NCBI GenBank assembly: GCA_036500645.1
Contig: DASYBR010000041.1
Coordinates: forward strand, 34,874 to 98,873
DNA length: 64,000 bases
From: Mycobacterium sp.
GTDB lineage: Bacteria; Actinomycetota; Actinomycetes; Mycobacteriales; Mycobacteriaceae
Direction of reading: 5' to 3'
Shown: positions 29,829-39,402 of the stretch, in pieces
Numbering within the stretch: the first letter of the stretch is position 1
Layout: each line of letters starts with the position of its first letter
The notes under the pieces: model-generated
What the model saw: only the letters and a program-made list of their open reading frames with translations
Database searches by the model: none
Told to the model about the DNA's origin: nothing
Program-made: the position numbers and the translations under genes

Positions 29829-31610
29829 TTATCCAAGGAGCTTCGTCAGCCAGGCCGGATCCTGATAGTTCACAGCCGTGGTTCCGTCCCACACGAACGG
29901 TGTGGCGTTGGCATTGAGCCCTGACAGCGCCGCGTAGCCATTTGCGGCCTTCGTCTTGCCGGCACCCACGTCGTCGCCCGACTTGATGCAGGTGATGACG
30001 CCGGCGTCCGCGCCGACCGTCTTGGCCAATTGCGCCAGTTCGCCGTCCGTGCGGTCCTCGGCGCCGCCCTCTTGGGGCGCGAAGTTGCTGGCGAACAGGC
30101 CGGAGTAGAAGTCGGTGTAGATCTTGGGGTCGCTCTGCGCAGCGACGCAGTAGGTGGCCGTCACCGCGCGAGTCGAGTAATTCTGGCTGTGCGACTTGTC
30201 GTTCAGGAAGTCGAGCAGGTGATAGCGAACCGCGAGCTTCTTGTTGTTGATCGCGGTGTCGATATCGCCCGCGTTCGACCTGATGAAGCTGCCGCACGGC
30301 GGGCAAATGGGTTCATTGAAAATGTCGACGGTTATCGGCGCCGCCGAACTGCCAACGTACACACCGTCATCCAGGACGCGGAGTGCAACGGCGTCCGGTG
30401 CCGGCGGTGGCGATGTCGGTGCCGGCGGCAACGATGGCCGCCACGGACGGATGACGACCAGGACCACACCCAGCACGGCGATTGTGACGACGACAGCGGC
30501 AACGCCGACCCATAGCCAGGGCTTGCGGCTTGCCCGCGGTGGTTCACCCCAGTGCGGCGCCGCGGTACCGGTGGGGCCCCAAACCGGAGGGCCGGCCCAG
30601 CTCGCGGCCGCAGGTATCGGTGCGCTGGGGGGAGGCCATCCGCCGACCGGGGGCGGCTGCGTTGGCGGCGCGGGAGATGCGGGCGGAAAACCGGCGGGCG
30701 GTTGCCCGGCGAATGCGGCCGGTACCCTCGCCACCCGGCTGCGCTGCAAAATGTCGGTGGCCCGGTCCTGATCGGGGGCGGCCAGCGCCGCGTAAGCGGC
30801 CGCCGACAGATCACCGCAGGTGGCGTAGCGGTCCGCCGGATTCTTGGCCATGCCGCGGGCGATCACGCCGTCGAAGCCGGCCGGGACGCTCGGCCGCGCG
30901 GCGCTGGGCCGCGGGATCGGCTGGTGCAGGTGCGCGCCCATCACGCTGAACTGATCGCCGGTGTAGGGCGGGGATCCGGTCAGGCATTCGTACAGCACGC
31001 AGGCTAAGGCGTAGATGTCCGCGCGGTGGGTTATCTCGGAGTCGCCGAACCGCTCCGGGGCCATGTACTTCACGGTGCCCACGGTGGTGCCGAATTGGGT
31101 CAGCTTTTCGTCGGAAGTGGCGCTGGCGATCCCGAAATCGACGAGGTAGGCGAAGTCGTTCCCGCTCACGAGAATGTTCTCCGGTTTGACGTCGCGATGT
31201 AGGACCCCGGCGGCGTGTGCGGCGTCAAGCGCCGAGCCGACTTGGCCGACGATCGCCACCGCCCGCGGCGGGGACAGCGGCCCGTAGCTTTTCAGGATGC
31301 CGGCCAGGTCTTTGCCGTCGATCAGGCGCATGTCGACGTAGAGCTGGCCGTCGATCTCGCCGAAGTCGTGAATCGGCACGACGTGTGGCTCCTGCAGTCG
31401 ACCGGCGGTGCGTGCCTCGCGCTGCATCCGCAAGCGGAAAACCGGATCGTTGGAAAGCGTCTGCGACATCAACTTCAGCGCCACGATGCGCTCCCGCACC
31501 GTGTCCTCGGCCTCGTAGACGTCGCCCATGCCGCCGCGACCGATCAGTCGCCTCAGCCGGTACGGCCCGAATTGCGAACCCTCCCGCGAATCCGCGGTGG
31601 TCTCACCCAT
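29829..31610 (-). CDS. pknE: Transmembrane Ser/Thr protein kinase PknE with extracellular DsbA-like domain
   Basis: GRGGMG, VALK, HRDVKPEN, DFGIA, YMAPE; Pro-rich linker, one TM helix, DIFNEPICPPC thioredoxin-fold domain as in M. tuberculosis PknE; ATG 31610 follows GAGGAG. Confidence 0.9.
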   Translation of the reverse strand: MGETTADSREGSQFGPYRLRRLIGRGGMGDVYEAEDTVRERIVALKLMSQTLSNDPVFRLRMQREARTAGRLQEPHVVPIHDFGEIDGQLYVDMRLIDGKDLAGILKSYGPLSPPRAVAIVGQVGSALDAAHAAGVLHRDVKPENILVSGNDFAYLVDFGIASATSDEKLTQFGTTVGTVKYMAPERFGDSEITHRADIYALACVLYECLTGSPPYTGDQFSVMGAHLHQPIPRPSAARPSVPAGFDGVIARGMAKNPADRYATCGDLSAAAYAALAAPDQDRATDILQRSRVARVPAAFAGQPPAGFPPASPAPPTQPPPVGGWPPPSAPIPAAASWAGPPVWGPTGTAAPHWGEPPRASRKPWLWVGVAAVVVTIAVLGVVLVVIRPWRPSLPPAPTSPPPAPDAVALRVLDDGVYVGSSAAPITVDIFNEPICPPCGSFIRSNAGDIDTAINNKKLAVRYHLLDFLNDKSHSQNYSTRAVTATYCVAAQSDPKIYTDFYSGLFASNFAPQEGGAEDRTDGELAQLAKTVGADAGVITCIKSGDDVGAGKTKAANGYAALSGLNANATPFVWDGTTAVNYQDPAWLTKLLG

Positions 31611-31726
31611 GGAAGACTCCTCACCGCCGAACCCGCGTATGCGGGGGCGTGCAGGCACAAGGCTAAGGTTTCCGCGACCGCGAGGCACGACGAATAGGCA
31701 AAGCCAGCTGATCGGACGAGCCGCGA

Positions 31727-32092
31727 TTAACGCAGGTCGTCGTCACCGGGTGTGCGCTCGGTGAGCCCTTCGCGGGAAAGCGCCCTGACGAATCCGAACG
31801 CCTGCATCCCCCCGGGGCCAGGATTCTCGATGATCCATTCGTTGATCTTGCCAAGCGCCTTGGCCAAGTCGTCGCGCCTGACCCGGATCAGGTAGGTCTT
31901 TCTGTCGTCTTCCGGATCGTCGATCGGGTCGGCGACGGCGACCGGGTTCTTGAAGGCATACGCGATCCCATGCACGGCGTCGTGATTCAGTGCCCATTGC
32001 AGTTCACCGGGCCGCAGTCGATTGACCGCCAGATTGCGATAGTCAGGGTCGTCGCTTGAACTGCTCACTTGGCCGACGGTCCTCCTCTCCAT
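31727..32092 (-). CDS. Hypothetical protein
   Basis: 121-aa ORF with protein-like composition, co-oriented with neighbours; start uncertain. Confidence 0.65.
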   Translation of the reverse strand: MERRTVGQVSSSSDDPDYRNLAVNRLRPGELQWALNHDAVHGIAYAFKNPVAVADPIDDPEDDRKTYLIRVRRDDLAKALGKINEWIIENPGPGGMQAFGFVRALSREGLTERTPGDDDLR

Positions 32093-32235
32093 GTCTCGAG
32101 AGAGTGGACAGCGACGACCTGAACGTGATGTCGCGCAGGCGATTCGATCCGAGCTTCAACCGGGACATCCCCAATCATAGGAAGCAGTGTCATCGGCTGC
32201 ATGTCGAGCGCGCGTCCAGCAAGTGGCGCCGGGAA

Positions 32236-32937
32236 TCACCGGCAATATTTCAGGAACAGGTAATCGTCGTGAACCAGCGCGTGCGCAAGGCGCATCGTGA
32301 CCGGTGCGACCAGCCTCGACGGCGCCAACCGTTGTCCGACCGGCTGGCTCGCGGCGAGCTTGGGGGCCACGGTCACGCAAAGCTCGGCGACGGCGTCGGC
32401 CTCCACCAACTCATCGAGCAGCGTCGGTCCACCCTCACACAAAATGCGGTGCATGCCCTCAGCGCGCAGCAGCGCGACCGCGCGCGCCACGTCCACCGAG
32501 TGCTCGCCTGCCACCAGGACGTGGCGTCGGTCATCACTGCTGAGGTCGTGTTGCGCCGCCGCTTGCGCGCAGGTCACCAGGATCGGCGGCTGGTCGGGGT
32601 TGCTGAACAGTCTGGTCGGCAGCACGCCGGTCCGGCTGACGACGGCGATCGGGGGAGGCGCGGCCCGTCGGGTTTCGGTGAGCCGCACCGGGCCGTAGTT
32701 CTCGGCACGGGCGGTACCGGCGCCGACCAGGACGACATCGGCGAAACCACGCAGGATTTTCAGGAGTTGTTGATCGACGGGACACGACAGTGGACCGGCG
32801 CGACCCCCGAACGCGGCGGCGCCGTCGGCGCTGAAGATCATGTTCGCCCGCACGCCCTCGGGGGCATCGGCATAGCATGCGGCGAGTTCGGCGATTCCGG
32901 CGACGTTGCCCACCCCGGGAGCTTCCGGCGGGGTCAT
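32236..32937 (-). CDS. RibD C-terminal / pyrimidine reductase (DHFR-fold) family protein
   Basis: VRANMIFSADG, ADVVLVGAGTARAENY, ILCEGGPTL motifs. Confidence 0.88.
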   Translation of the reverse strand: MTPPEAPGVGNVAGIAELAACYADAPEGVRANMIFSADGAAAFGGRAGPLSCPVDQQLLKILRGFADVVLVGAGTARAENYGPVRLTETRRAAPPPIAVVSRTGVLPTRLFSNPDQPPILVTCAQAAAQHDLSSDDRRHVLVAGEHSVDVARAVALLRAEGMHRILCEGGPTLLDELVEADAVAELCVTVAPKLAASQPVGQRLAPSRLVAPVTMRLAHALVHDDYLFLKYCR

Positions 32938-33431
32938 GCCTCGTGGCCGGGTTGCAGTTGGCGGACGTCCCCGAAGGACACCCAGCTCTCCAGCTCCTGG
33001 GGCGGGCTGCCTGCCACCGGCTCGAGCAGATGCCCGATGTGGTCGCCCAGCGAGAAACGATCGACGATCTTGCCGACGAACCAGGCGGCCGCGTCGTCGA
33101 GGATGGGTATCTGAGCCGGGCCGGAGTGCCAGGCACAGCGCTCGAACTTGTTGACCTCGTCGCCGGTCTGGCTGCCGAACAGCTCGACGGTGTCAAGGTG
33201 CTCGTGGTCGAACAGGTGCACGGCCAGATGGGTCGCGGCGACGGCCACGCGGTACGTGTGGTTTCGTCTGGAGAGGCCGACCAGGAATCGCGGCGGATTG
33301 ATGCTCGTCTGGCTGGCGAAGCCCACCAGGCAACCGGCGCAGATGCCGCCGGCGCGCGTGGTCACGACGTACATCGGGTAATTCAGCAGCGACACCAGCT
33401 TTTCGAAGGCGTCGGTTCCCGGTTCGGACAT
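32934..33431 (-). CDS. Flavin reductase family protein
   Basis: YPMYVVTT, GCLVGFASQTSINPP, FGSQTGDEVNKF, GDH; 4-nt overlap with the downstream gene. Confidence 0.88.
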   Translation of the reverse strand: MSEPGTDAFEKLVSLLNYPMYVVTTRAGGICAGCLVGFASQTSINPPRFLVGLSRRNHTYRVAVAATHLAVHLFDHEHLDTVELFGSQTGDEVNKFERCAWHSGPAQIPILDDAAAWFVGKIVDRFSLGDHIGHLLEPVAGSPPQELESWVSFGDVRQLQPGHEA

Positions 33432-33435
33432 CCGC

Positions 33436-34746
33436 TCAGTCTTCCCGTTCACGGTGGAGGGGAATCGCGCTGCTTCGACCGCGACGCTTTCGTGTCACCA
33501 GTACCCCGACGCGACGAAGTGCGTAGGCGGCTGCCCCGACACCCAGCACCGCTACGCCGGACAGCATCGATGACAGCGGCATCGCGAACGCCAGCACCAC
33601 GCACCCGAGCAGTCCTAGCAACGGGATAGCGCGGTGTGGACGGCCCTCGTCAGGTCCCAAGGTGAACGCAGAGGCGTTGGCGACTGCGTAGTAGATCAGT
33701 ACGGCGAATGAGGAGAAGCCTATTGCGCTCCGAACGTCGACTGTTGCCGCCAACACCGCCACGGCGACACCGATCAGCAACTCCGCGCGGTGCGGCACCT
33801 GGAACCGCGGATGGACGGCGGCCAGCTGATGGGGGAGATGGCGGTCCCGGGCCATGGCCAAGGTAGTGCGCGAGACGCCAAGGATCAATGCGAGCAGCGA
33901 GCCCAGCGCCGCGACGGCCGCACCCACTTGTACGACGGGCACCAGCCAGGTCATCCCTACCACGCGCACCGCTTCAGATAACGGCGCGGCGGCACGGCCG
34001 AGACGTCGTGGTCCCAACGCAGATAGCGCGGCCAAGGCCACGAGTGCGTAGAGGGCCAGACTGATCGTGAGTGCCAGCGGTATCGCCCGCGGGATCGTGC
34101 GCGCCGGGTCACGCACCTCCTCTCCCAGCGTGGCGATGCGCGCGTACCCGGCAAAGGCGAAAAACAGTAGTCCCGCGGCCTGCACCACGCCGCCGGCGGT
34201 CATGCCCACCGGGCGGAGCTGATCGAGGTCGGCCGTCTCGGAGGTGAACACGGCGACGATCACTGCGGCGAGCACGGCCAGCACTAGGGCGACGATGATC
34301 CGAGTCAGCCAGGCCGACTTCTGCACCCCGGCATAGTTCACCGCGGTAAGTGCCACCACTGCAGCAACGGCCGCGGCATGCGCCTGCGACGGCCATGCAT
34401 ACGAGCCGAAGGTCAACGCGATCGCCGCGCACGACGCGGTTTTTCCGACCACGAAGCCCCACCCCGCCAGGTATCCCCAGAAGTCGCCCAGCCGCATCCG
34501 GCCGTAAACGTAGGTGCCCCCAGAGGCGGGGTAGAGAGCTGCCAACCGCGCGGAGGAGGTGGCGTTGCAGTAGGCCACTACCGCCGCCAACGCCAGGCCA
34601 AGCAGCAGTCCCGAACCGGCGGCGCGGGCTGCCGGGCCCAGCGCGGCGAAAATTCCGGCGCCCATCATCGACCCGAGTCCGATCACGACAGCGTCGAATA
34701 CCCCCAAACTTGGACGCAGTCCGGCCTTTTCGGAGGGAGTGTTCAT
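33436..34746 (-). CDS. APC-family amino acid permease
   Basis: GLGSMMGAGIF, YPASGGTYVY, FFAFAGY, EEVRDPARTIPRA; about 12 TM segments. Confidence 0.9.
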   Translation of the reverse strand: MNTPSEKAGLRPSLGVFDAVVIGLGSMMGAGIFAALGPAARAAGSGLLLGLALAAVVAYCNATSSARLAALYPASGGTYVYGRMRLGDFWGYLAGWGFVVGKTASCAAIALTFGSYAWPSQAHAAAVAAVVALTAVNYAGVQKSAWLTRIIVALVLAVLAAVIVAVFTSETADLDQLRPVGMTAGGVVQAAGLLFFAFAGYARIATLGEEVRDPARTIPRAIPLALTISLALYALVALAALSALGPRRLGRAAAPLSEAVRVVGMTWLVPVVQVGAAVAALGSLLALILGVSRTTLAMARDRHLPHQLAAVHPRFQVPHRAELLIGVAVAVLAATVDVRSAIGFSSFAVLIYYAVANASAFTLGPDEGRPHRAIPLLGLLGCVVLAFAMPLSSMLSGVAVLGVGAAAYALRRVGVLVTRKRRGRSSAIPLHRERED

Positions 34747-34804
34747 AGGGCGCTTCCCGATTCTGAAATGGCTTGGCGGGACCAAAACGCAACAGGCGTT
34801 GAAA

Positions 34805-34828
34805 ATATATCAAACCAGCTTGATGTAT
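34805..34828. promoter_or_regulatory. ArsR-type operator (ATATATCAA-n6-TTGATGTAT) overlapping a TATTCT -10
   Basis: 9-bp inverted repeat with one mismatch, ATCAA-n6-TTGAT core, directly upstream of the arsR fusion; -10 at 34826-34831 is 7 nt before ATG 34839. Confidence 0.7.
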
Positions 34829-34838
34829 TCTCGGAAAG

Positions 34839-35600
34839 ATGGCGGCGGTGAAGCGGGTGGCGGTTCCGCCGCTGATGCAGATGGCATCGCATCCGCTGCG
34901 CTGGACCCTGCTGACCGCGCTCGCAAGCTGCGATCAACGCGTGCGCGAATTAGCTGCCGCTGTTGGCGAGCCGCAGAACTTGGTCTCATACCACCTCCGC
35001 CTGTTGCGCTCTGCCGGACTGATCGACGCGCACCGCAGTACTTTCGATGGTCGGGATACCTACTACCGCCTGAATTTGACGAGATGCGCGGTCGCATTCG
35101 GTGAGGCGGCTGCGGCGCTGCATCCAGCGCTGGCTCTCGGGCCTCCCACCAAGCCGGCGAGGCGGTCTGTGTTGTTTTTGTGCACCGGCAACAGTGCGCG
35201 CTCGCCGATGGCCGAGGCGCTACTTCAAAAGCACGGGCAAGGTCGTATCCGCGCATCCAGCGCAGGCAGTCATCCCAAAGCGCACATCCACCGCAATGCG
35301 ATACGCATTATGCGCGATCGCTACGACATTGATCTGCGCGGGAGACGTCCTCAGCCCTTGACCGCTGTTGCCCGACGGCGCTTCGATTACGTGATCACGT
35401 TGTGCGACAAAGTCCGTGAGTATGCGATCGACCGTGGCGTGACCACGACGATGCATTGGAGCTTGCCCGACCCGTCGGCGGTCGCCGGCAGCGGCCGTGC
35501 CAGCTATGCGGAATTCGATCGCCTGGCAACCGAATTGGACATCCGCATCGAGTTTCTTTTGCCTGTTCTCAGCGCTGACCGGGGAACACAATCATCGTGA
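34839..35600 (+). CDS. ArsR-family regulator fused to an LMW-PTP / ArsC-type arsenate reductase domain
   Basis: N-terminal wHTH (HPLRW, QNLVSYHLRLL, YYRL); C-terminal VLFLCTGNSARSPMAE P-loop, SAGS, ITLCD, HWSLPDP. Confidence 0.9.
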   Translation: MAAVKRVAVPPLMQMASHPLRWTLLTALASCDQRVRELAAAVGEPQNLVSYHLRLLRSAGLIDAHRSTFDGRDTYYRLNLTRCAVAFGEAAAALHPALALGPPTKPARRSVLFLCTGNSARSPMAEALLQKHGQGRIRASSAGSHPKAHIHRNAIRIMRDRYDIDLRGRRPQPLTAVARRRFDYVITLCDKVREYAIDRGVTTTMHWSLPDPSAVAGSGRASYAEFDRLATELDIRIEFLLPVLSADRGTQSS

Positions 35601-37063
35601 CGGTCGATCGGCGTGACTTCCTTAAATGGGGCGGACTGGCGGTGCTGGCCGCAGGCGTCGACGCAGAGACCGGGTGTTCACGACCCGCTCCGCCCAACGG
35701 CAAGCCCGACTACACGCTGCGGATCGGCGCCGGCGCGGTGGAATTGGCGCCCGATCGCATCGTTTCGACCTTGACCTACAACGGTCAGTTTCCCGGCCCG
35801 CTGCTGCGATTCAAAGAGGGGCAGCGAACCCGGGTGGATATTTTCAACGACACCGATTCCCCTGAGCAGCTGCACTGGCATGGCCAGCAGGTGGGCGTCG
35901 ACGTCGACGGCGCCGCCGAGGAGGGGACGCCCTACATCCCCGCGCATGGCATGCGGCAGGTGTCGTTCGTCCCGGGTCCGGCCGGCTTCCGCTTCTATCA
36001 CACTCACGTCGTCCCGCGTGCCGACCTGGCGCGGGGTGTGTACAGCGGACTGGTCGGCCCGGTCTACATCGAGGCCAAGCAGAACCCCGGCGCCTACGAC
36101 CAAGAGGTCTTCCTGACGCTCAAAGAGTTCGAGCCCAGCTTCACCCGTGGCGGTGACATGGCCAGCGACTTCCTGCCCGGCGCAACCGAACCCGACCTCA
36201 AAGAGAAAGGCGAGTCGTCGATGGCCGCGTCGCTGGCCCGCGGGGAGCCGCGCGGCTACGAGGTGAGCTACGAGGCATTCACCGTCAACGGACGCACGCT
36301 CGGCCACGGCGATCCCATTCGGGTGCGGGCCGGTCAGCGGCTGCTGCTGCATGTCCTCAACGGCAGCGCCACAGAAAGCCGCAGTTTGGCGCTGCCCGGG
36401 CATACCTTCGACGTCATCGCCCTGGACGGCAATCCGGTGCCGCGCCCGGCGGCGGTCCCGGTGCTGTGGCTTGGTGCCGCCGAACGCATTTCGGCTCTCG
36501 TCACCATGTCCAATCCCGGGGTTTGGGTGCTGGGTGATGTGTCCGACGACGACCGCGGGCACGGGATGGGCGCGGTCGTCGAATATGCCGGACACGGTGG
36601 CGACCCACAGTGGTTGGCGCCACCGCCGTTCAAATGGGATTACCGGCTGTTCGCGACGGCCGGCGCGACGAGCGTTCCACAGCCCGATCAGATCATCGAG
36701 ATGCTGATCGAGAAACGCAATGCCGCCGCCGACGGGTTCAACGTTTGGATGATCAACGGCCAACAGTTTGCCATGGACACCAACAAACCCGTGCTCGAGG
36801 TGCAGCGGAATAAGCGCTACCGGCTGCGCTTCCGCAATGCCACCGACGACCTACACCCGATGCACCTGCACCGGCACACATTCGAAATCACCCGATTCGC
36901 CGGCGCACCGACCGCCGGGCTTCGCAAGGACGTCGCGATGCTGGGCGGTTACCAGAGCATGGAAATCGATTTCGTCGCCGATCAACCTGGCCTGTCGCTG
37001 TTGCATTGCCATCAACAAATCCACATGGACTACGGGCTCATGTTGTTGCTCAACAGCATCTGA
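35597..37063 (+). CDS. Tat-exported three-domain multicopper oxidase
   Basis: RRDFLK twin-arginine signal with a possible lipobox Cys; Cu motifs HWHG, YHTH, HPMHLH, HCHQQIH. Confidence 0.92.
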   Translation: MTVDRRDFLKWGGLAVLAAGVDAETGCSRPAPPNGKPDYTLRIGAGAVELAPDRIVSTLTYNGQFPGPLLRFKEGQRTRVDIFNDTDSPEQLHWHGQQVGVDVDGAAEEGTPYIPAHGMRQVSFVPGPAGFRFYHTHVVPRADLARGVYSGLVGPVYIEAKQNPGAYDQEVFLTLKEFEPSFTRGGDMASDFLPGATEPDLKEKGESSMAASLARGEPRGYEVSYEAFTVNGRTLGHGDPIRVRAGQRLLLHVLNGSATESRSLALPGHTFDVIALDGNPVPRPAAVPVLWLGAAERISALVTMSNPGVWVLGDVSDDDRGHGMGAVVEYAGHGGDPQWLAPPPFKWDYRLFATAGATSVPQPDQIIEMLIEKRNAAADGFNVWMINGQQFAMDTNKPVLEVQRNKRYRLRFRNATDDLHPMHLHRHTFEITRFAGAPTAGLRKDVAMLGGYQSMEIDFVADQPGLSLLHCHQQIHMDYGLMLLLNSI

Positions 37064-37089
37064 CCCAAGCCTCGAGCGCTCAACCGGAT

Positions 37090-38061
37090 TCACAGTGCTG
37101 CGAGTCGGGGGAGCACGTCCGCGGCGAAGAGTTCGAAGTTCTTGGTCAAGCTGGCCATGTTCACCGGTGCACGCACATACACCCGCGAGATACCGAGGTC
37201 CGCGTAGGGCCCGAACCCGTCGACGATCTGCGCAGGCGAACCGGAAAAAGTGGTTCCGTCGAAGGTCTGCGAGCCGAAGTTGGCGGGATCAAGCCCTGCT
37301 TCGGCTTGGTCTCCAATGCCGACCAGTGCGCTCATCGAGAAGGCGATGTCGGCCGGGTTTCGGCCGATCTGATCCGCGGACCGCCGCACCAGGTCGATCT
37401 GCCCGGAGACGTCTTCGGTTTTTAGTTCGCTTTTGTGCTGATCCGCCGGGGCCCGGCGCCGAGAAGTCTGCAGATTGAATTCGTGGGCGTACCGCGCCGC
37501 CAAGGCCGGTGTCCGCTTCTTTCCGATGCCCCCGAGAATGATTGGCGGGCCGTGCTTTTGCCAGGGCTTGGGCAACGCCGGCGAGTCCTGTATCTGGAAA
37601 CACTGCCCGGCATACGAATAACGTTGTCCGACGGGGGTTTCCCACAGGCCCGTGATCAACTCCAGCGCCTCGCCCAGCCGATCGAACCGCTCGCCGACGG
37701 GCGGAAAGGGGATCCCGCAGGCGCGGTGCTCCGGCTCGAAATAGCCTGCGCCAAGGCCGAACTCGATGCGGCCCTCGCTCATCGCGTCGACCTGCGCAAC
37801 GGTGATCGCGAGCGCACCAGGGTGACGGAAGGTCACCGAGGTCACCAGTGACCCGAGCCGAATGCGCGAGGTCTCGCGTGCCAGCCCGGCCAACGTCGTC
37901 CACACGTCGGTCGGACCGGTTCCACCGTCACCCGCGAAGGGGAGGTAATGGTCGGACAGAAAAAACCCGGCAAATCCGAGTTCCTCAGCCAATTTCGCGG
38001 ATTCGAGTAGTTCTTGGTAGGTCCCCCCGTTGCTGGGATCGGTGAAGATCCGGCACTCCAT
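37090..38061 (-). CDS. LLM-class (probably F420-dependent) oxidoreductase
   Basis: AEELGF..SDHY, WTTLAGLARETSRIRLG, VDAMSEGRIEFGLGAG, ALPKP, KRTPALAARYAHEFN; ATG 38061 follows AAGGAGG. Confidence 0.9.
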   Translation of the reverse strand: MECRIFTDPSNGGTYQELLESAKLAEELGFAGFFLSDHYLPFAGDGGTGPTDVWTTLAGLARETSRIRLGSLVTSVTFRHPGALAITVAQVDAMSEGRIEFGLGAGYFEPEHRACGIPFPPVGERFDRLGEALELITGLWETPVGQRYSYAGQCFQIQDSPALPKPWQKHGPPIILGGIGKKRTPALAARYAHEFNLQTSRRRAPADQHKSELKTEDVSGQIDLVRRSADQIGRNPADIAFSMSALVGIGDQAEAGLDPANFGSQTFDGTTFSGSPAQIVDGFGPYADLGISRVYVRAPVNMASLTKNFELFAADVLPRLAAL

Positions 38062-38084
38062 GCGCCCCTCCTTACCCGAGCTCC

Positions 38085-39209
38085 TTAACCAAGCGGGTTG
38101 TTGTCTCGCACCCCTCGATACATGCCCCATCGCACAATCCACGGCATGACCACGCGCTCGACCGCCCATAGCGGGAACCGGAACGAATGGCCAGTGGCCA
38201 GGAAGACTTCCAGCCCGTTGGGCTGTATACCCACTAACGAACCCCACCGCCGCGTCGGCGGCTTAAAGGTGCGCAACCGCCCGCCGGTCAATTCCGCCTC
38301 GATGTTATGCGCCACCACCGCATCGCCTCGATTACGTGCCGAGCTGCGCAGCGGATCGGAAGCAGCGACGTCGCCCACCGCGAACACCGCTCGGTGACCC
38401 GGAACCCGCAGCTCCGGCGTCACCTGCACGAATCCGCGCTCGTCGAGCAACTCTTCAGGCAGCCAATCGGTGTTGGGCCGCACCCGCCCGATCGCCCAGA
38501 GCACCGCATCCGCGTGCGCCGTCGGTTGTCCGGTGCTCCAAAGAACCGGTTCGCTCGTGATCTCCTCGCCGGCAAAGCCGTCGGGCAACACGGCCCGGTG
38601 GCCGGGATGGATGCTCACACCGCGTTCGGTCAGCCGATAGCGAAGCCGCTTCCAGGTCCGCGGGTGGTGGGTGTCCAGCGCGGATTCACCCGGGAAGTAG
38701 AGGTGTATCTGCTTTCCCGGCCAGGTGGTCGCCATGTTGAGGGCGCTGCTGATCGCCGCCGCGCCACCGCCCACAACGATCACCGACTCGGCGGCGGCCA
38801 GCCGGTCGTGCGCCGATCGCAGCCCCGCGCCGATGTCGGCGGCGGACTGCAGCGTGGGCTGGCGCCAGAAGCCATTGCTGACTCCGGTCGAAATCACCAG
38901 CGCGTCATAGTGTTCGGTGATCGTCGAGCCGTCGTCGCGGCGGCCGAAGACGGTCTGGGCGGCCAGATCCACTCCGGTCAGCGTGGCCTGCACGGTGCGC
39001 ACCTTGTCCAACCGCCGGAACCTATCGAACGGAATCCAGTAATCGCGGGCCCAATCGTCCGGGCGGGACAGCCGGACGCCGAGTTCCTGGCCGCTCACCA
39101 ACCCGGGTTTCACGCACACACCGACGACGTCGGCGCAGCGGGACAGGCGAATCGCGGTCAGAACGCCCACGTCTCCCAGCCCGGCGACAACGACACGCCT
39201 GCGGTTCAT
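38085..39209 (-). CDS. FAD-dependent pyridine nucleotide oxidoreductase (NDH-2 / AIF-like)
   Basis: VVVAGLGDVG, YDALVISTG, VIVVGGG, FAVGDVA motifs; start at ATG 39209 (ATGA overlap with the upstream ORF). Confidence 0.85.
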   Translation of the reverse strand: MNRRRVVVAGLGDVGVLTAIRLSRCADVVGVCVKPGLVSGQELGVRLSRPDDWARDYWIPFDRFRRLDKVRTVQATLTGVDLAAQTVFGRRDDGSTITEHYDALVISTGVSNGFWRQPTLQSAADIGAGLRSAHDRLAAAESVIVVGGGAAAISSALNMATTWPGKQIHLYFPGESALDTHHPRTWKRLRYRLTERGVSIHPGHRAVLPDGFAGEEITSEPVLWSTGQPTAHADAVLWAIGRVRPNTDWLPEELLDERGFVQVTPELRVPGHRAVFAVGDVAASDPLRSSARNRGDAVVAHNIEAELTGGRLRTFKPPTRRWGSLVGIQPNGLEVFLATGHSFRFPLWAVERVVMPWIVRWGMYRGVRDNNPLG

Positions 39210-39391
39210 GTGACCATTTTGTGCGCGGGCAAGCGAATGAAGCGCGAGACCCCGTCGATCACGCGCTGATAGTCCGGTCGGCGCGCCAGGCTGCGCTTCT
39301 CCATCATCGGGATGGCCAGCCATCCGGCGGCGACGGCGATCGCGGCGACGTACGCGACGGCAACAAGCGTCAGCGATTGCGCTCCCGTCAT
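39206..39391 (-). pseudogene. Internally deleted DUF1295 (steroid 5-alpha reductase-like) gene remnant
   Basis: 61 aa: first TM helix (SLTLVAVAYVAAIAVAAGWL) joined in frame to IPMMEKRSLARRPDYQRVI, which resembles the DUF1295 C-terminus. Confidence 0.65.
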
Positions 39392-39402
39392 CGTCGTAAT
39401 CA

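Noticed and set aside
32934-33431. Flavin reductase as the missing hsaB
   Set aside because: About 23 kb from hsaA, in an unrelated operon, and without the cluster motif.
32056-33629. 352-aa and 250-aa plus-strand ORFs
   Set aside because: Antisense to well-supported RibD-like and flavin reductase genes.
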